Assembly (NCBI GenBank): GCA_030264375.1
Contig: JASCQW010000061.1
Location: 69,172,882 to 69,236,881 of the forward strand
DNA length: 64,000 nucleotides
Source of the DNA: Carcharhinus longimanus
Lineage: Eukaryota
Direction of reading: 5' to 3'
A program made the translations under genes and the position numbers. Below the pieces are notes generated by a model. That model saw only the letters and a program-made list of their open reading frames with translations. It was not told the DNA's origin and searched no databases. Shown here piece after piece: positions 52,530-64,000 of this stretch (position 1 is its first letter; every line of letters starts with the position of its first letter).

Positions 52530-53800
52530 ATTTTTTAATTTGTGATCAGGATGTAGGTGCCATTGGCAGGCCTGCATTTAATAGCAATCCAGAGTTGCCA
52601 TCAATGGTAGGCCTTTTCTTTCAATCATTCCATCAAGCTGGCATTTGTAATGCCATATTAAAACACAGCTTCAATACTGAAACTGCTGTTTTTCAAATGA
52701 GATGCCAGGTATTAAACCAAGGTCCTGCAAACTGAGAACAAGTTTAAGTAAATATTAAATATGCACAGCTCCCATGATGGCTTTACACAAAAAATTCTAG
52801 GATACTGATCCAGCAACAATAAACATGTTCAAAAGAATGATATGCAACTTTGAAGGGGAAAAATGTCATTTTGACATTGCTGCTTTTGTCCTTCTTTGAG
52901 GTCTCAGGGCAAGCAGAACTGTGAAATAACATTGACAAGTTGCTGAAATATGCTGTACATAGTTAGTACTTCATTCACGCTGCAGCAATGGTAAAGGGGG
53001 TGAATATTGAGTTCTGCAGCAGGGGTTTTTATAGGCTGGACTACTTCATCCTGGACAGCTTTGAGCTTCTTTGATGGCATCTTTTCAACGCAAGCATGGA
53101 GTAGAGTATTACATTGGTAACTCGGCTTTATAGGGGCTAAGCAGTAAGAGGAAGTGAAATAGTGTTCTCAGATTCTGCCCCAATTTTGTAGCCAATGTCA
53201 ATGGGGTTATAAGAACATAAGAAATAGGAGCAGGAGTAGGCCATCTAGCCCTTCGAGCCTGCCCCGCCATTCAATAANNNNNNNNNNNNNNNNNNNNNNN
53301 NNNNNNNNNNNNNNNNNNNNNNNNNNNNNNNNNNNNNNNNNNNNNNNNNNNNNNNNNNNNNNNNNNNNNNNNNNNNNATCCATCCCCTTCATGATCTTAT
53401 ACGTCTATATAAGATCCCCCCGCATCTGTCTAAACTCCAAGTCACTGGACTAAGTCCAAAGTCCAAGGTTCTAAACTCCAAGTCAAGACTCCAAGTCAAC
53501 TCCAAGGGTTAGTCAATTAAAATCTTGGTCAAAGGTGACCTTATTTGACTGATGATAAAGGATGCAGTAATAATGACCTCCTAGCAGCCAATAGCTGAGT
53601 ATGAACCACTTATATGTGGAACAAAAATTACCCATCACTTGTCACCTCATGCCAGGAGGCTGTCCAGGTCTCCTGTAGATTGGTAAAGGCTGCTTCCTTA
53701 TTGGAGTTGTGAATGAAGCTGGACACAGGACACATTACAATCTTCAGCAAATGGCCCCACTCATGTTAACAAAGAAAGTCAACAAAGGAGTGATCCACCC
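52530..53800 (-). mobile_element. Old non-LTR fragment (16050 family) with nested young CR1 at 53210-53440
   Basis: GGCCTGCATTTAATAGCAATCC tail; CR1 tail ATAAGAACATAAGAAATAGGAGCAGGAGTAGGCC. Confidence 0.75.
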
Positions 53801-54254
53801 AAAACCAGATCCTCTGCTCATTTCTCCATGTCTTGCACTTTCCACTTCAGTTGTTCCCAAGAGTCTCGCATTTTCAATTTCAATGAGCAATATGATAACA
53901 GGAAACAATACACGAGGCCTCATGTGTTATTAAATTCCCTTTCCCAATAGATTGCATACCTGGAAACAATAGTTCTTCCTCAGGGTTCTAGATCTTCTGC
54001 CATCACCACTGAAAATTCTCTGTTTCTGCCATGGCTCATAATTCTGAGTTGGGGACTGTCACCCAGACCTGGGGCCCAATTGTAGCTTTAAAAGGAACTC
54101 CATTAATGATCTGCCTCCAACAATCTGGCCATCTTCTTGCAATCCGGAAGATTTTCCTATCGACTTGTTTTGCTAAGGTTTCTTGCTGGGAAAAAAACAG
54201 TTTAGAGCCATACTGGGCATCAAAAACAAAAAATGCCTTTTGCTTTTTAAAAAG

Positions 54255-54455
54255 ATGATGGCTGAAATTTTTCAGCTAGTACCGCCAGCAGAAACTTCAG
54301 ATCCCATCAATGGTGACTCCCCACAATGCCCTGGTGGCAGAGTGTTTGGGGTATACAAAGTCCTGTAGATATCAGCGGGACCAGAAGACAGCACCATCGG
54401 CCAATGGCAGAACCACTGAAATATGCCATGGGGGTGTGCATAAGAAAATCTTATC
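54255..54455. mobile_element. GC-rich MITE remnant
   Basis: GGCTGAAATTTTTC ... GAAAATCTTATC; internal CAGCGGGACCAGAAGA shared with 31700. Confidence 0.5.
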
Positions 54456-54610
54456 ACTGGAGAAATGACTTACATTATTACAAAATATTTTCCAATGTCA
54501 ATAAAACAAAACTTTAATGTTTCATTTCAATCTTCAACTAGCCATTTAAGTTTGTAGTTGAGGTAATGAAATGCTACAGAAACTGAATTAACCAGACCAA
54601 GAAAGCTCAC

Positions 54611-54725
54611 CTTGAATCAGCTCAGTTTGTGTGTGTAGGGAAACATGGAACTTGTTGGACAACCTATTTCACTGACTTGCAACCTGGTTAGGCATCTCTC
54701 AGTAGCACAGCTGAACACAATGAAT
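54611..54725 (-). other. Putative 5' UTR exon, 115 nt (147 nt if the alternative acceptor at 54757 is used), with short uORFs MPNQVASQ* and MFPYTHKLS*
   Basis: Minus strand: caattctttgccag|ATTCAT...TTCAAG|gtgagc. A second acceptor tctctttttggattgtgtaatag lies upstream, preceded by a UG-rich tract. Confidence 0.65.
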
Positions 54726-56004
54726 CTGGCAAAGAATTGCGATGTGATCAACGTTATCTATTACACAATCCAAAAAGAGAATCCAAGCACGCACATCAAC
54801 ACACACATACCCAACAAATTACAATAAAACAGTACGTCCTTTTAGGCATTTTCAAATATTAACATAATTGCTTTGTTTTTCAAATCTTACTCAGGATTTT
54901 TGCTTCCTTTCTCTCACTTCCCCATCTGGTCTCATTTTAGTCCAGATGGTGAAACCACCTGGACATCTCCACAACTGCTTTCTAAACCTTAATATAAGCC
55001 AACAGGAGGCACACTTTGCGGTGCAGTCGCTCTTCTTGCCAATTTCACTTTGCCCCAAAGTGAAATAATGACTCAGCCAAGAGTAAACAAAAGTCAGCCA
55101 TTGAGGGGAGCTGTTTTTGGATGGCATCAAGATTGATATCCTCTCCAAGCCGTGTCCTAACATTCACTACATTTAGGTTACGACAGCGTACAGTGTAATG
55201 CCTTAGCCTGATAATGATGATGGCTAATTCTGAAAAGGTACCAAGCTTTATAAATGAAGATTTTCACCTAGGTAATCAAGTTACTATTTGCTCACTCTTG
55301 TTGAATTGCGCTCACTAGACAGACAATTAGGGGGAAAAATGTTGTTTGGTAAAATACAATTTGGCCAAGAAACCCAAACAATGCTGCTTAACTATATTTA
55401 TACTGACTGCAGTAAAAAACTGAAATTATTACTTTCATTCCTGTCTTTTTGAAGTCTGATGTAAAGAAAACCTCCAGCTCCATTTTCATAATTAATACAA
55501 GGACACCAGCAAGCAACCTTAAACCAACCACTGCTGAAATGAAGTAAACGAGAGCACATTCTGAAAGCACGCAGTAGCTTATCGCCTCTGTGATCTATCC
55601 AGCGATAGCTGACAAGCTAGCTACACAGGTCTTCTAAAACTCAGGACAGTCGAGTAATTCAAAACTCCAATGCTTTCTTTTCCAAATGCTTAAACAGAGT
55701 TCCCTGTTAACAAAGGTCATAATTAGCTTACAATTGTGTGATTTAAAAGCCAAGTTATCCTCTAATCATATAAAACATTGTTGGTTAATCAAATTTTGTG
55801 AGTAAAATATTGCTAGTTATAAGATTCAAATGAGATTTGAATTTGAATCAGATCTGCTCACATTTTAAAATCTTCCAATGAAAACATCAAGTTATATAGA
55901 ATCGAAGACAGAAAATGACAAAGCCACCACCACTTGTATTACATAAAAGCATAAAATTGTGTAATATTTTAATTCTGTTTTTTGTAATGAAAACAGTGAC
56001 AAAC

Positions 56005-56330
56005 GTAGCCCATATTCATTGCAGAGCTGAGCAAATGTTCCATTGAGAGGTGCCATCATTTGGATGCATTGTTAAACTAGTAGCTAAAGATCCCATGGCA
56101 GTGTTCAGCAACAGAAGAGTTCTCGCTGTGTCCCAGCCAACACGTATCCCTTAACCAGCAACACAAAAATAGATCTAGTCATTTATCTCATTTTCAGTCA
56201 CACAACCTTGTTGATCCCAAATTCTGCCATGTTTACGCACATTAGAACACAAAGTACTTTATTGGCTGCAATGCATTATGGGATATCCTGAGGGTGTGAA
56301 GCACTTTATAAACAACAAGTTTTTTCTTCC
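56005..56330 (+). mobile_element. Deu-domain SINE (best-preserved copy)
   Basis: GAGGTGCCATCATTTGGATG..GTTAAAC..AAAGATCCCATGGCA..CCCAGCCAAC..GTACTTTATTGGCTG..TATAAACAACAAGTTTTTTCTT. Confidence 0.7.
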
Positions 56331-56426
56331 TACAGTACAGGCCTTACGCACCAATGACAATTTGGAGTACTATAAACTCTTAACAGTTAAAACCATGTGG
56401 AAAAGAAAATCAAAATTTTAACATAC

Positions 56427-56506
56427 CTTGGCTTTACTCCAAAAACACCCCTAGGGCATTTCGGTTGCAATATGATTGACAATCTTCAGACATTATCCTC
56501 CTCACT
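56427..56506 (-). other. Putative 5' UTR exon, 80 nt, containing uORF MSEDCQSYCNRNALGVFLE* (56493-56434)
   Basis: Minus strand: attttctttggcag|AGTGAG...GCCAAG|gtatgt. Good polypyrimidine tract and donor; stops in all three frames. Confidence 0.7.
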
Positions 56507-57899
56507 CTGCCAAAGAAAATGTAATATTTATCAAAATTATACATTGTCAATTCAATCCTTCACTCAATGCATACTCGAGTTAAACTAGAGTGGTTTAATT
56601 AACAATTATAATGCGATAATGATTTACAGCTCTTTGGAATAAGCACTGGAGAACAAAGTCCACAAAATTATACTATCAAGGGATTTGTTAAATCAAAGCA
56701 TTAGAATGTGTTTCAGCAGATACTAGATTGGTTCCATCTTTTCATTCACACATGGGTTCCATAGCCTGAATCCCAGTTTGAGTATCATGTCTACTAACTT
56801 TGAGCCTCCTGTATTAAATAAGCTTGTATTTCTAGCAAGCATTATTCCACAGCAGATATTGCCTTGAATTCTGAATTAATTAGCACTTAGGCTAAGAGGG
56901 GCTTGATGTCTAAAACAGCAATGCCACACTGCTGCAGTAGGGGGTGTTTAGTGCAGAGGTTAAGGCAGCACAGTAGAAGCATTTTACCCCACACAACAGG
57001 AAAATGCTTAGTGCCAACTGAGCAGTGCCTTGCAGCAATATGTTCATCAGCAAATCCCTCAACATAAAACCAAATTCTGCTTTTTCCTCAGTACTGTTTC
57101 AGGGTCTTTTGTATTAATCTTTTCTAAATCTCAAGTACTATATTCTCAAGTAACAGAAGTTGTTGTCCTTGCGTTCTCACCTGTACACACCAGAAATCCA
57201 GGCAGACATTCATTGCTCCAACATCTATGCAAGTTGACAATCCCACCACATTCAGAAGTACAATTGGGAAGCTTTGTCCTAATTTGCATGGTTTAACTTA
57301 ACTACAGTCAACATTTAAAGTTCTCAGAATCTATATGGACACCGCAACAAGGACAAAGTTACAATACTGTGACAATACCACCCCCAACTCGCATTTAGGC
57401 TCCAAAACCAGACAAGGCCATGTTCTGCCAGACCTCAACTGAACTATTAATTTGACATCTGGCACATAGCATGTTAACTGTAATTTTAACTGTATTGTTT
57501 GCATTTCTGGAGACTACAATTGCAGAAGATGCATGCACAGATACACATATTTGTCTGCATACACAACTGTGATGCAGATAATGCAACTATGACTGCACAG
57601 TCATTAAAACCAAAAAGTAGGATACTTTAAAAAATTCTTCCTGATCTAAACTCATTTCAGCATGGAGAATATTAAAATCAAAATGATTTTTCAGAAAAGT
57701 TGTCCTGAACCAGTTTTTCTTTAAACAGTACTCCATGTGTGCAACTTTAATATACCCTAAATGGGGCCCCTTTCCAGTAGAAGAATGCTGGTTTATTTAA
57801 CTGCTTCAAGGAGGACTGGAGCACGAAACACACGTACATCTTGTATGTTACAGGCCACCACAGAGGGCCTGAGCTGCTTAGCCCATTATTGGTCAGAAA

Positions 57900-58150
57900 G
57901 GATGGTACACAAGTGATATTCAACTCACATAGGTGTCAGGTAAACAGACTTAACGTGACCTCCATGGCAGGAATGTAGGGGACTTCTCCCCAGAGAGTCT
58001 TGGTTAATATTTATCCTTCAAGCAGCATCATACTGCTGTGAGTAAACAGAATATAGTTCCCACATTGCAAGGACGGCCACTTTCAAACGTTCATTGTCTG
58101 TAAAATGCTCCAAGATGTCGTGAAGTCATCAAAGGCATTATATTTTAATT
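57900..58150 (+). mobile_element. Deu-domain SINE fragment
   Basis: TCCATGGCAG...GGTTAATATTTATCCTTCAAG...TTCATTGTCTGTAAAATGC. Confidence 0.55.
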
Positions 58151-59199
58151 ATTAATCTTATGCGGAACTTTACAAATGTCTAAGCAGCCCCAATATACAA
58201 TACCCTGAGACAATCCTCAATCATTCATATTGAGATCATGACTGCCTAGAACCTTAATTGGAGCCACTATATCCACATCATTACAAAAGCACAGCAGTTA
58301 TTGGTTATTTCATACTAAACGTTCACCTTCTTACTGATCAATCTGTCAAAGATCATGAGTACTCACTATCCACCAAGATCACGGCAGTTTTGCAGCTCAA
58401 TTTTGGGGGTGGTGGAAGGAGGAGGAGAAGATGAGTGAGTAAGTGTAGAGCAAGGGACAGCAGGGGCGAAAGAGACTGGGGTTGCGGGGGGAGGGCAGGA
58501 AAGAGGAAATGGGTAACAGACAGAAATATGGAAAAATAAGATAGATATATAAAAGAGGAGATTCTATAATGTTAACCCAAGGGAATCCCAAACATCTCCA
58601 GCAGAGTGATTGCACAAAACCTTAAAAGGGGCCTTTAAAGGAAAACTCAAGAATAGCAATTGAAAAATCCAATTGTTATTTATTGCATAAATTATTCAAG
58701 TTAATATTTTATACAATACCAACACATTACCAAAACATCACCGTTTTTAAATTCATGGAGCATATTGTGTTCTTCCAGGACTCATTAGGTAACAACTGGG
58801 AGTTTTTGATGTAGGTAACGAAATCACATAACAGTTGTACAATTTCCAGGATCCAGTCTCTACTAATTTGAATAATTGTGATAACATAATTTATCATTAC
58901 TTGAGCCTTACTCTCTTCCTTTGAAGATTCTTAATTCCACTCCAGCTAATGTCAGTGTGGTTATCAGGTCACCTGGGCTGGTCCAAAATGCAAGTCACTG
59001 ATACACAATGCCAAGGCCAGATGAGAGAGAAGAGGTTCGAACCCTTAATCTCAACTATTTGTGCAACTTCACAAGTCATCTCAAAAGTGAGCAACAACAA
59101 TGTAGTTTCAATAAGCTGTTTGATAAATCTTATACTGTTGATTTTACTTGATTAATGGAGCCAAGACCTCATACTATATTTTTATAAAATATGCATATA

Positions 59200-59792
59200 A
59201 AGGCAGTCCTCGACTTTACAACATTCAAGTTACGATGAACAGTACTTAAAACATTGTTAAATTAACACCCAATCAACTTTACAACATTGGTTTCAAATTT
59301 ATGACGCCACACCAGCACGGTCATACATGCAAACTGAGTTTCTGTACCACCCATTTGGGTGACTGGACAGGTCAAACCATCTTAAGATTGGAAACAAGTG
59401 TTTTATTCTATCAGAATGTTTTTCAAAACCATTCTAATGCTTTTATACACTTGTGTTGTATTTAATATGTACTTAGACTTGCTTAGTTCACGGTTAAACA
59501 GGCAACAGGCAGTGATCAAACAGCTTCATTATATACCCCAGACTTCATTATATCCCCACGCTAAAGCGTGTTGACATCAGCTGTTGCGTCAGCAACTTGA
59601 CAAGGCAAGAGTTGAGAGCATTTTACACTGTTGAGTGCCCCATGTGTGATTTTGAGCCTTGGCTCAGGAACCATTTCCACCATTTATATCATCATTCCTA
59701 TGGAAAAAACGGTTCCAAATTATGGCATTTTAACTTACAACATGGTTTTCAGGAACTGAACCAATTGTGTCACAAGACAAAAGGGCTGTTTA
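59200..59792. mobile_element. Non-autonomous Tigger/pogo-like DNA transposon
   Basis: Left TIR AGGCAGTCCTCGACTTTACAAC and degenerate right TIR GTCACAAGACAAAAGGGCTGTTT; TA at both flanks; repeated TTACAAC subterminal motifs. Confidence 0.6.
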
Positions 59793-61849
59793 TACCAACC
59801 TGGCTACTTCCTAAAATTAAAAAGAAAACTGCTCAAACACTTTAAAAAGGCTGAAGCTACGTCTGCATATAGCCCTTAAAAAAGAGAACTTTCTGGCAAT
59901 AACTGAAAAGCTGACACCTCAATTTCTGAAGACATGCTAACAGCCCTGTGGACTGAGACAAAGGGGAATTGCACAAAGGCTTTTTACATTTCATAAGGCA
60001 GGTTTGGCGAACAAGAGACTTCTAATCTGCTAGGAAAAAAGACCCTGCACTTTTATTTTCCAAATTCTTAAACGGTTAAACATTAACAATCTTGAGAATC
60101 CAGACAAAAGGAATACATATCCTTGGCAAAGCAGACAGATGGAGTCACATGATATGACCCCCAAGCTGGAGGAACCCGTGGCTCTGTTTTGCTGTACAGA
60201 TAATCAGTCTGCCATTTTCCATCTAGCAAGCAGCAGCTCACAAAAAAAGGACTCTGTCCTGGTTTGAAATCCTGGCTTGCCATCAACGTTGTTTCTACTG
60301 GAACTACTAAACTTCCATGCCAGAACCTAAAACAAATTAATTTTTAAGTGCCTATCACATTGTGGGAGTCATCACTACTGGAAAAGTGAATTATCCAGCA
60401 TCAGTTTTCAACCTGCAGACTTCTGTAAAAGAATACACCACTTGACTTTGTTTCTGGACNNNNNNNNNNNNNNNNNNNNNNNNNNNNNNNNNNNNNNNNN
60501 NNNNNNNNNNNNNNNNNNNNNNNNNNNNNNNNNNNNNNNNNNNNNNNNNNNNNNNNNNNNNNNNNNNNNNNNNNNNNNNNNNNNNNNNNNNNNNNNNNNN
60601 NNNNNNNNNNNNNNNNNNNNNNNNNNNNNNNNNNNNNNNNNNNNNNNNNNNNNNNNNNNNNNNNNNNNNNNNNNNNNNNNNNNNNNNNNNNNNNTTCTCT
60701 TTATGGATGGGTGGTGAAAGAAGAAATCAGGGCTGTTTAAAATTAAACTCCCTCCTGCAACTCGATTTATATAAATGTAAGAAAGGTACAAAATTCTCAG
60801 AAGACTGATGATTTTATAACACGTTAGAATGTTTCAAGTAAATGTGTTCTCTTACAGCATCACTGTGCATAATGTCTACACTTTTGTTCATGTGAATTAA
60901 TAATTGACTTATAATATTTAATTTTAAAAATGCATGCAAATTTATTACATTTCATTAATTCTGATGAGTTTTTAAAGTAGCAGCAAGTGAAAACAGGTAA
61001 CGTAGAACCGGTAGGTGGCCTTAGGTGGTAGGGTCAGAGGGAATCTTTTGCCACACTTGTGGTCAGTGGACAGAAAGGTTTGGGTACCACTGACCTTCTC
61101 CATCTAGTCAGACAGGTATAATGATTCATTTTCGTCAAAGCACACGTCTCACCTGATATATATTTGGGTTTGAGTTGCATGCCACAATGTATTTTAATAC
61201 AATCTGTAAAGTCTTATGAGAAGAATCCACTTAACAATTGTGCCAGATCCTAGTTCTGTTATATGTCAGCCCAACCCATCTCTTAAAAAACAAAGGAGCT
61301 ATTTTCTGGTGACTGCAATGGTAGATGGAACTTTCTTTAAAACCATTCTTTCATACATCTACAATCAGCTTTTTTAATCGCCTCGTATCTTTTCAAAGAC
61401 TACTTTTAGTGATCTTCAACAGTCATGTTCTCAATGCAATACTGGCAGATCACAAAGATTTACAAATGAAAACTGTACCCTTCCACCTGATTTGTTGTAG
61501 CTTTTGAAAACTTTGCAGGCTTATTTTCTTAGGACAGAATCAAACCAGTTTCCTCGCATCTTTATAATCACCGTCCAATATACAACTTGTTAAGATGCAT
61601 AATCAAAAAAAGCCCTTCCCCGGAACCATTCTCCAGTTTCCCAACAAGTCTATCTAACAATCTGGTACTGGATCTCAAACATCAACTGAAATCAGCAACT
61701 CAATTGCATATCTAGGTGTTATAACCAAAGAAAGAGGAGTGTTTTAATAACTTGAAAATGGCATTTACTGTCACTGAAGATAAACAGAAAGACCAAAGAG
61801 CTCTTGTGCAGTCTCAAATGACTGTGTCTAGACTAAAGCTGGCATCCGC

Positions 61850-62422
61850 GAAAGCTTTCATTGACTAATAAGAAGCCATTGAGACCTATGCCTACTTCCA
61901 ATTCTGTAGTGACACTTGCGTTGACCTGCCTCTAACACCCATGCCCTGATCACTTCGTGATCCGTCCAACGTAATGCCTTCTTGACTCGCCTCCCACTCA
62001 TCATAAGCTTGAGCTCATCCAAAACTCTGCTATCTGTATCCAAACTTGTACCAAATCGCTTTCACCCATAACCCTGATGTATACTGACCATCACTGGCTC
62101 CTGATCAATCAATGCCATGAACTAACAATTCTCATCTTTCTGTTCAAATCCCTCTACGGATTCACTTCCTCTTTCAAATCTTCTCCAGCCTTAGATCTCC
62201 ATACTCCTCTAAATACAGCCTCTTAACACCACTGATTTTCATCTCTCAACCAGTCTAGTCCCATGCTCTGCATTTCACTCTTTAAAATCTTCCCCCCACT
62301 CTTCAAATCCGTTCTTTGTCCTTCTGACTCAGTGTCAAACTTTGTCTGATGACACTCATGTGAAACACATGGGGTGAGTTAAATATGTTAAGTGATGCTA
62401 TATAAATTGCAGGTGGTTGTTA
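61850..62422 (+). mobile_element. L2 LINE 3' end
   Basis: HKLELIQNSA...SPIT...HWLLI remnants; tail GCTATATAAATTGCAGGTGGTTGTT. Confidence 0.75.
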
Positions 62423-63464
62423 CTGTAGCCTTCAATCAATGCCATCAGAGAAAGACTTTTGCCCCACTTAATGTGAATCTTATTGCTGTTGACATTTCCA
62501 TATCCTGCAATGAAAGTTAACATTGCCAGAGGGAAGGCCAAGCAATAATGATAGCACTTGTGTGTCAGATGTAAATTTTGAATCTCAAAACATGAACAGA
62601 GATGAGGCAATTAAAGAACTGGCATTATACAGTTATACATATCTGCATACAAGAAACAAGCTACTGTTTATTTTGTTTTCACCCAGGAGTCACATTATGC
62701 AGCAACTTTAATAAAGATTTGACCTTTAGTCCTCACACCTAAAAAAAAATCAGAACTAGAATTTTACATCCCAATAATCCCTTTCAGTTTCACATGTTGT
62801 CTTGTGATCTGCTTTTGCTTTGCACTGTGTTTTATCTTCAAAATACAATAAACATTCCAATGTTAAACATAACAAATTTCAATCTGAACTAATAACCATA
62901 TTTCCACTTTGGTGCAGAATACTAATCAGAGCCCTCCAGAATGTGGAATCTGCAGTTTACATTTTCTGTGTTAAAAACAATTTTAAAGTATGTTCTTGCT
63001 CCATTCTGAAGTCAATGTTTTTGGTGATGAAACGGCATTTTAGATTAAAGTCTTTTGACTTCAAAAGCTTAACCTTCAGCTTCCCTTCCAAATCCTGACA
63101 AGCTTCATCAATGGCAAGACTGAAAAAGATTGAGAGTAGTTGTATACAAATTCACAAGCCACACCTACTAAACTGGAGCGGTAAAATGCGTCCACTATAG
63201 AATCAAGAACTCCATTAGGAAATAATGTATTTTCTTCAGCGCTCAATTTGAATGTTAACAAATGAAAGAAATGCTGCACTCCAGTTTTCAATATCGTTTT
63301 TAAAATTTCTTCATTACAATGAGACGGGTGTCTTGAACTTGTTCAGTTGGATTGACTTGCAAGGGATAATTTGAGGGGAATCATTGGTAAATTTCATGAC
63401 AAAAATCAATCTAGTCTCATTATGCTTCTAATTCATCCGTTCGGATACCACCATTCTATGTTCT

Positions 63465-63578
63465 AAACATATGGATGATATTGGAATAGTGTAGGTTAGA
63501 TGGGCTCTAGATTGGTTTCACAGGTCAGCACAACAGAGGGCTGAAGAGCCTGTACTGCGTTGTAATGTTCTATGTTCT
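63465..63578 (+). mobile_element. Severely 5'-truncated young CR1 tail
   Basis: Similar to the reverse complement of 24646-24753; flanked by TTCTATGTTCT. Confidence 0.85.
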
Positions 63579-63902
63579 GTACCTGCTTTAACACTACTTA
63601 CGATGTATTAGTGTTTGAACTGTTGCACAGGCCATTAATCCATATCAAAAGTGATGGAGGAATAATTAATAAAACTAAGAATTTAGTGGACTCATATGAT
63701 ATCTTCTCAGATACAACAGTGCTTTTTTCAATAGATTCTTGAGGAATTACCTGTAGGTGAATGCATGGAGCTTTGCATCTATTGTAATCCTTTAGTACCT
63801 GTTAGGTTGCTCTTGGTGATTGTTCTAAAAAGCCTCATTCCAAGAAGAAAATAAATTAAACTGCATCTTTCTTTACCAAATCTCTTTGCAACAGTACTAA
63901 TA

Positions 63903-64000
63903 TTAGAATCATAGAATCCCTACAGTGCAGGAAGCCATTTATACTATCGAGCCTGCATCAACAACAATCCCACTCTGGCCCTATCCCCATAATGCCATAT
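63903..64000 (-). mobile_element. HE1-type SINE 3' end (runs off the window)
   Basis: TAGAATCATAGAATCCCTACAGTGCAG. Confidence 0.85.

Larger units (their letters stand above)
7403..56506 (-). other. PEAK1: Multi-exon 5' leader and introns of a large minus-strand gene (tentatively PEAK1-like; CDS outside the window)
   Basis: Four colinear minus-strand AG/GT-bounded exons (80, 115, 156, 62 nt) in non-repetitive sequence, with no long ORF. The gene name rests only on recalled similarity of exon sizes, spacing and sequence to the human PEAK1 5' UTR and needs BLASTN confirmation. Confidence 0.45.

Noticed and set aside
53431-53505. Short repeats with spacers, superficially CRISPR-like
   Set aside because: Units are ~10 nt and irregular, there are no cas genes and the context is eukaryotic.

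Overview
This is eukaryotic, AT-rich, repeat-dense DNA from a gappy assembly, with many ~100-N gaps that mostly sit inside young retroelements. The repeat content points to a shark genome (inference): HE1/V-SINE-type and Deu-domain SINEs, CR1, L2, RTE, Rex1, Penelope, solo LTRs and MITEs. There is no intact protein-coding exon; the six-frame ORFs are retroelement fragments or chance ORFs. Four short minus-strand segments have strong canonical splice signals: 56427-56506, 54611-54725, 18268-18423 and 7403-7464. They read as a multi-exon, uORF-rich 5' leader of a large gene whose main CDS would lie left of the window. The exon sizes and spacing (80/115/156 nt) resemble my recollection of the PEAK1 5' UTR, which is unverified. 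Most interesting are (1) the spliced leader with several uORFs, including a possible exon-spanning microprotein of at least 55 aa, (2) Penelope-associated minimal hammerhead ribozyme relics whose cores are mutated in all three host-sense copies, and (3) mechanistic scars at retrotransposon junctions.
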